Origin: Streptococcus rubneri
Lineage (GTDB): Bacteria > Bacillota > Bacilli > Lactobacillales > Streptococcaceae
Reading direction: 5' to 3'
Assembly: GCF_004785935.1 (NCBI RefSeq)
Contig: NZ_SRRP01000002.1
Coordinates: forward strand, 49,616-81,615
Length of the DNA: 32,000 bases
Shown in pieces: positions 27,989 through 32,000 of this stretch. The translations under genes were made by a program, and so were the position numbers. Each line of letters opens with the position of its first letter. The first letter of the stretch is position 1. The notes beneath the pieces were generated by a model. It saw nothing but the letters and a program-made list of their open reading frames with translations. It was not told the DNA's origin and ran no database searches.

Positions 27989-29254
27989 ATGTTTCTCTTG
28001 CAACAGGCAATCGCTTATATTTCTCGAAAAAGAACGAGGAATCTGGTTCTCTTTCTGATTCTCCTCTTGATCCTCTCTTGCTTGTATTTCTGTTTTTCAC
28101 TGATGCAAGTAGGAGGAAGACTGGAGGACCATATCAAGCAGTCGGCTGGGACCAGTTTTGCTCTGACCAGTAAACAGGGGACTGCCCCCTTTGCTCTGAA
28201 GGAAGCTAAAAAAGTGCAGCAACTAGCTGGGGTAGGATCCATGGTCCCCCAATATGAAAGTCCCGTTCGCATTCTTGATAAAGAAGCGGTGACGGGACAG
28301 CAGTCGGTGGAGCGAGACGATTTGGGGCAGGAAGCCAAGCAAGCGCTAGGCGCTGTATTCACCCAGAAGACAGACCAGCACCTGGATTTCCGCAGTGGTA
28401 GTTTCCAACTGATGCAAGGCAAACACTTATCCGACAAGGCTCGCGGGCAGATCTTGATCCACCAAGAGTTGGCTAAGAAGAACAAGCTAAAGGTCGGAGA
28501 TTCCTTGACTTTATCCAGCTTTCAGATGGGAGAGACTCCTGCCAAAGAGCAAACCTTTAAAATCGTTGGGATCTTTTCGGGTAAGAAACAGGAAAAATTC
28601 ACAGGAATGACCTCTGATCTGAGTGAGAATCAAGTCTACCTCCCTTATGAGGATGCGACTAAGCTTCTTGGTCTCAGTCAGCAAGAAGTGACCCAGGTCA
28701 CCTTTGGAGTCAAAGATCCTGAGAAAATCGATGCCCTCTTGAAGCAAGTTAAAAGCTTGGATCTGGATTGGCAATCTCTGCGCGTGGTCGAAGATCGCAA
28801 GGCCTTTGACCAGATGAAGGAATCCTCTCAGACACTAGAAGGGCTAGTAAGGATCATGATGATCGTCCTCCTAGTGACTGGAGCCGGTGCCCTATCGCTC
28901 TTACTGAGTCTCTGGACACGGGAGCGGATCCATGAAATCGGGGTGCTCTTATCCATTGGGAAGAGCAAGGGACGGATCTTTGGACAGTTCCTCTTGGAAG
29001 TGGTGCTGGTATCCTTACTAGCGGTGATCCCAGCCTTTCTCATCGGACGGATGGTCAGCCATCGTTTCTTAGAGCAGTTTGTCGGACAGACAGGTCAACA
29101 GCAGACCCTAGACTTGCTCAACCAAATCCCTCAAGGCCTTTCCTTAGGAATCGCCTATGCTAGCCTCTTGTGCTTGATCCTTCTGTCGCTCGGTGTAACT
29201 ACCAGCATGATCTGGCGCAAGACCCCAAAAGAAATATTAACAAAAATGAGTTAA
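27989..29254 (+). CDS. vex1: FtsX/MacB-type ABC transporter permease (Vex1-like)
   Basis: GGAGGTAGGAG RBS. An N-terminal TM, a large extracytoplasmic domain and a C-terminal FtsX 3-TM bundle. Confidence 0.8.
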   Translation: MFLLQQAIAYISRKRTRNLVLFLILLLILSCLYFCFSLMQVGGRLEDHIKQSAGTSFALTSKQGTAPFALKEAKKVQQLAGVGSMVPQYESPVRILDKEAVTGQQSVERDDLGQEAKQALGAVFTQKTDQHLDFRSGSFQLMQGKHLSDKARGQILIHQELAKKNKLKVGDSLTLSSFQMGETPAKEQTFKIVGIFSGKKQEKFTGMTSDLSENQVYLPYEDATKLLGLSQQEVTQVTFGVKDPEKIDALLKQVKSLDLDWQSLRVVEDRKAFDQMKESSQTLEGLVRIMMIVLLVTGAGALSLLLSLWTRERIHEIGVLLSIGKSKGRIFGQFLLEVVLVSLLAVIPAFLIGRMVSHRFLEQFVGQTGQQQTLDLLNQIPQGLSLGIAYASLLCLILLSLGVTTSMIWRKTPKEILTKMS

Positions 29255-29260
29255 GGAGAA

Positions 29261-29902
29261 ATGACACATATGTTAGAACTCAAGAATGTAGCCTATAGTT
29301 ACCAAAGCTATAGTGAAGATATCCTCTCAAATGTGAACTATCAGTTCGAAAATGGGACATTTTACAGTATTATCGGTCAGTCAGGAACTGGGAAATCTAC
29401 CCTCCTCTCTCTCTTGGCTGGTCTGGACAATCCCAAGAAGGGGCAGGTTCTCTTTGATGGGGAGGACATTCAGACCAAAGGGTCTAGCTACCACCGCAAG
29501 CACCATGTCTCCCTAGTCTTTCAGAATTACAATCTGATTGATTATTTGACGCCACTTGAAAATGTCCGCCTGGTCAACAAACAAGCTGGGAAAGACATTC
29601 TCTTGGAATTGGGATTGGATGAAACGCAAATCAAACGCAATGTTCTTCAATTGTCTGGAGGGCAACAGCAACGGGTGGCCATTGCGCGTGCACTCGTCTC
29701 AGAAGCACCTGTCATCTTGGCAGATGAGCCGACAGGAAACTTAGACGAACAGACAGCCGGTGATATCATTGCTATTTTGAAGAAGTTGGCCAAGGAACGC
29801 CAAAAATGTGTCATCGTCGTCACCCACAGTAAGGAAGTGGCAGAGGCCTCCGATGTGGTCTTGGAATTGAGTCGACGTAGCCTCGTTGAGAAGAGCAAGT
29901 AA
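29261..29902 (+). CDS. vex2: ABC transporter ATP-binding protein (Vex2-like)
   Basis: Walker A GQSGTGKST, signature LSGGQQQR, Walker B ILADEPT. An alternative start is at 29270. Confidence 0.9.
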   Translation: MTHMLELKNVAYSYQSYSEDILSNVNYQFENGTFYSIIGQSGTGKSTLLSLLAGLDNPKKGQVLFDGEDIQTKGSSYHRKHHVSLVFQNYNLIDYLTPLENVRLVNKQAGKDILLELGLDETQIKRNVLQLSGGQQQRVAIARALVSEAPVILADEPTGNLDEQTAGDIIAILKKLAKERQKCVIVVTHSKEVAEASDVVLELSRRSLVEKSK

Positions 29903-29914
29903 GGAGGGAATGCT

Positions 29915-31291
29915 ATGTTACGCAATGCTTTTGCTTATATCACACGTAAATGGCCCAAGTCTCTCTTGCTCTTTGCCATCATTCTCCTCATGGGGACCTT
30001 GAGCTTGATCGGACTCTCTATGAAGGGAGCGACCCAACAAGCTTCATCGGAAAGCCTGGGATCCATCACCAATAGCTTCTCCATGCAGATCAACCGCCGG
30101 ACCAATCCGGGAACCCCTCGGGGAGCTGGGAATCTCAGAGGAGAAGATATCGAAAAAATCAGCCAGGTAGAGGGGATCACTTCCTCCATCAAGCGGATCA
30201 ATGCCATCGCAGATATCCTAGACCACGAAATCATTGAGACTGAAGAAACCTTACAAAACCAATCTCCAGAGCGGGCTAAACACTTCAAGAATACCTTGAT
30301 GGTGACAGGGGTCAATGACTCTTCAAAAGAAGATAAGTTTGTCTCTGGGGCCTACAAACTGGTCCAAGGGGAGCACCTGACTGATAAGGACAAAAACCAA
30401 ATCCTCATGCACGAAGATTTGGCGAAAAAGAATGGCCTCAAGGTAGGCGATAAGGTGCGCCTCAAGTCTAACCTCTATGATGCTGACAATGAAAAAGGGG
30501 CTAATGAAACCGTCGAAGTGACCATTAAAGGCTTGTTCTCAGGAAAAAACCAAGCTCCTCTAACTTACGCCCAAGAATTGTATGAAGATACGCTGATCTC
30601 TGACTTGGATACAGCTGCCAAACTCTATGGCAATACCGTTCAAACAGCTACCTATGAGGATGCGACCTTCTTTGCAAAAGGGGATCAGGATCTGGATAAA
30701 TTGATCGAAAAAATCAAAGCCTTGGATATCCCATGGAATTACTTTGACTTGGTTAAGAGCTCTTCCAACTACCCAGCCTTGCAAAAATCTATCAGCAGCA
30801 TGTTCCAAGTGGCGAACTACTTGTTTATCGGTAGCCTCATCTTTGCTAGTTTGCTTCTCACCCTTCTCCTTGTCTTGTGGCTCAATGCCCGTCGCAGAGA
30901 AGTGGGTATCTTGCTGGCTCTAGGGCTTTCCAAAGTGCAGATTGCAGGGCAATTTGTGGCAGAATTGGTCATGATTTCCATTCCAGCCTTCCTCCTCTCC
31001 TATGAAGTCGCAGGTCTTCTTGCCAAAGCAGTGGGAGATACGGTGCTCAAAAACGTCACCAGTGGCATTGCCAAACAAATGGCTCAAGAATCCTCTGCAG
31101 CCAACCTTGGTGGAGGAGCTGAGGCGGAAAGCTTCAGTAAGACCCTGACAGATATCCATATGGACATCCAACCGAGCCAATTGCTCGTGATTGTTTTGGT
31201 CGGTGGGCTTCTCTTGATTCTTGTATCCATCCTTTCTTCTCAATGGCTCTTGCATAAGAAACCAAAGGAACTCTTGGTGGATGTCGAATAA
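29915..31291 (+). CDS. vex3: FtsX/MacB-type ABC transporter permease (Vex3-like)
   Basis: Same architecture as the first permease. 458 aa. Confidence 0.8.
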   Translation: MLRNAFAYITRKWPKSLLLFAIILLMGTLSLIGLSMKGATQQASSESLGSITNSFSMQINRRTNPGTPRGAGNLRGEDIEKISQVEGITSSIKRINAIADILDHEIIETEETLQNQSPERAKHFKNTLMVTGVNDSSKEDKFVSGAYKLVQGEHLTDKDKNQILMHEDLAKKNGLKVGDKVRLKSNLYDADNEKGANETVEVTIKGLFSGKNQAPLTYAQELYEDTLISDLDTAAKLYGNTVQTATYEDATFFAKGDQDLDKLIEKIKALDIPWNYFDLVKSSSNYPALQKSISSMFQVANYLFIGSLIFASLLLTLLLVLWLNARRREVGILLALGLSKVQIAGQFVAELVMISIPAFLLSYEVAGLLAKAVGDTVLKNVTSGIAKQMAQESSAANLGGGAEAESFSKTLTDIHMDIQPSQLLVIVLVGGLLLILVSILSSQWLLHKKPKELLVDVE

Positions 31292-31319
31292 GAGATTGTT
31301 TCCTAAAATAGAAATAGGG

Positions 31320-31325
31320 TATAAT
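31320..31325 (+). promoter_or_regulatory. -10 hexamer candidate (TATAAT) upstream of the response-regulator gene
   Basis: TATAAT at 31320-31325, with TTGTTT 18 nt upstream. Confidence 0.35.
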
Positions 31326-31361
31326 AGGAGGTAGAAGTTTCTTAGATAAAAAGGAAAGTGT

Positions 31362-32000
31362 ATGAAGATACTAATCGTAGAAGATGAAGTCTTGATTCGA
31401 GAAGGGATGAGCGACTATCTCATGGAATGTGGCTATGAGGTCTTTGAAGCAGGCAATGGGCAGGAGGCCCTGGACCTCTTTCACAGAGAAGCGCCGGATC
31501 TAGTCTTGCTGGACATCCAGCTTCCTATCCTCAATGGCTTGGAAGTCCTCAAGACCATTCGCAAGACCAGCTCAGTCCCTGTCCTCATGCTGACGGCCTT
31601 CCATGACGAGGACTATAAGTTGACAGCCTTTGGAGAGTTGGCAGATGGCTATCTGGAAAAACCCTTCTCCTTGTCCCTCTTGAAGGTCCGTATCGAAGCT
31701 ATTTTTAAAAAGCTCCAGCCTTCCCGGGTCTTCACCTATGGAGAGGCACGAGTGGATTTTGAGAGCTACACAGCCAGCATAGCAGGCCAAGCCATTTCCA
31801 TGAATGCCAAGGAGTTGGAAATCTTGGAATACTTGCTCCAGCATGAGGGCAAGGCCCGGACCCGCTCTCAGATTCTCGATGCCGTCTGGAAGGAGACGGA
31901 GGAGATTCCTTTTGACCGGGTGATCGATGTCTATATCAAGGAACTACGAAAAAAACTGGAGCTGGACTGTATCGTTACGGTACGCAATGTCGGCTATAAA
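31362..32000 (+). CDS. vncR: OmpR-family response regulator (VncR-like); 3' end outside the window
   Basis: ATG 31362 follows AAAGGAAAG, and the frame is open to the window end (213 codons). MKILIVEDEVLIREG...LVLLDIQLP gives the receiver domain. The C-terminal winged helix ends ...VRNVGYK. Confidence 0.85.
   Translation, partial: MKILIVEDEVLIREGMSDYLMECGYEVFEAGNGQEALDLFHREAPDLVLLDIQLPILNGLEVLKTIRKTSSVPVLMLTAFHDEDYKLTAFGELADGYLEKPFSLSLLKVRIEAIFKKLQPSRVFTYGEARVDFESYTASIAGQAISMNAKELEILEYLLQHEGKARTRSQILDAVWKETEEIPFDRVIDVYIKELRKKLELDCIVTVRNVGYK

Noticed and set aside
31572-31844. 90-aa minus-strand ORF at the end of the window
   Set aside because: It is antisense to the clearly recognisable OmpR-type response-regulator gene and has no RBS.

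Overview
The window looks like core chromosome of a Streptococcus (low-GC Firmicute; viridans or mutans-like gene order), densely coded on both strands. All family and gene names come from reading the translated ORFs and motifs by eye. No database search was run.

Gene content, left to right:
- The 3' end of a possible glycoside hydrolase, then a DUF1033-like gene.
- A late-competence pseudopilus operon, comGA to comGG, behind a perfect ComX com-box (TACGAATA). A YtxK-type methyltransferase and ackA follow it.
- A CPBP/CAAX protease.
- The folate operon folP-folC-folE-folB/K, in the order I recall for pneumococcal sulABCD.
- A small membrane protein.
- On the minus strand, a DUF1846/UPF0371 gene with a structured leader, then pepA.
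- A small anchored protein, a thioredoxin-like protein and a YtpR-like tRNA-binding protein.
- A 174-bp hairpin repeat that serves as a terminator.
- ssbB behind a second com-box.
- A block of about 7.5 kb that matches the LevQRST four-component sensor plus LevDEFG(X) mannose-class PTS as I recall it from S. mutans.
- CIRCE-controlled groES-groEL.
- About 1.4 kb with no ORF, filled with modular hairpin repeats and a separate structured element that ends in a terminator.
- A Vex123/VncR-like locus (FtsX permease, ATPase, FtsX permease, then a partial OmpR-type response regulator).

I found no tRNA or rRNA genes, CRISPR arrays, transposases or phage genes.

The most noteworthy unexplained signals are all non-coding:
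- the repeat array at 26.58-27.36 kb;
- the structured element at 27.70-27.88 kb;
- a triple TGACAnATGnCA operator candidate in front of the PTS operon;
- a structured leader in front of the DUF1846 gene;
- a third perfect com-box inside a 15-bp hairpin upstream of the levX-like gene.
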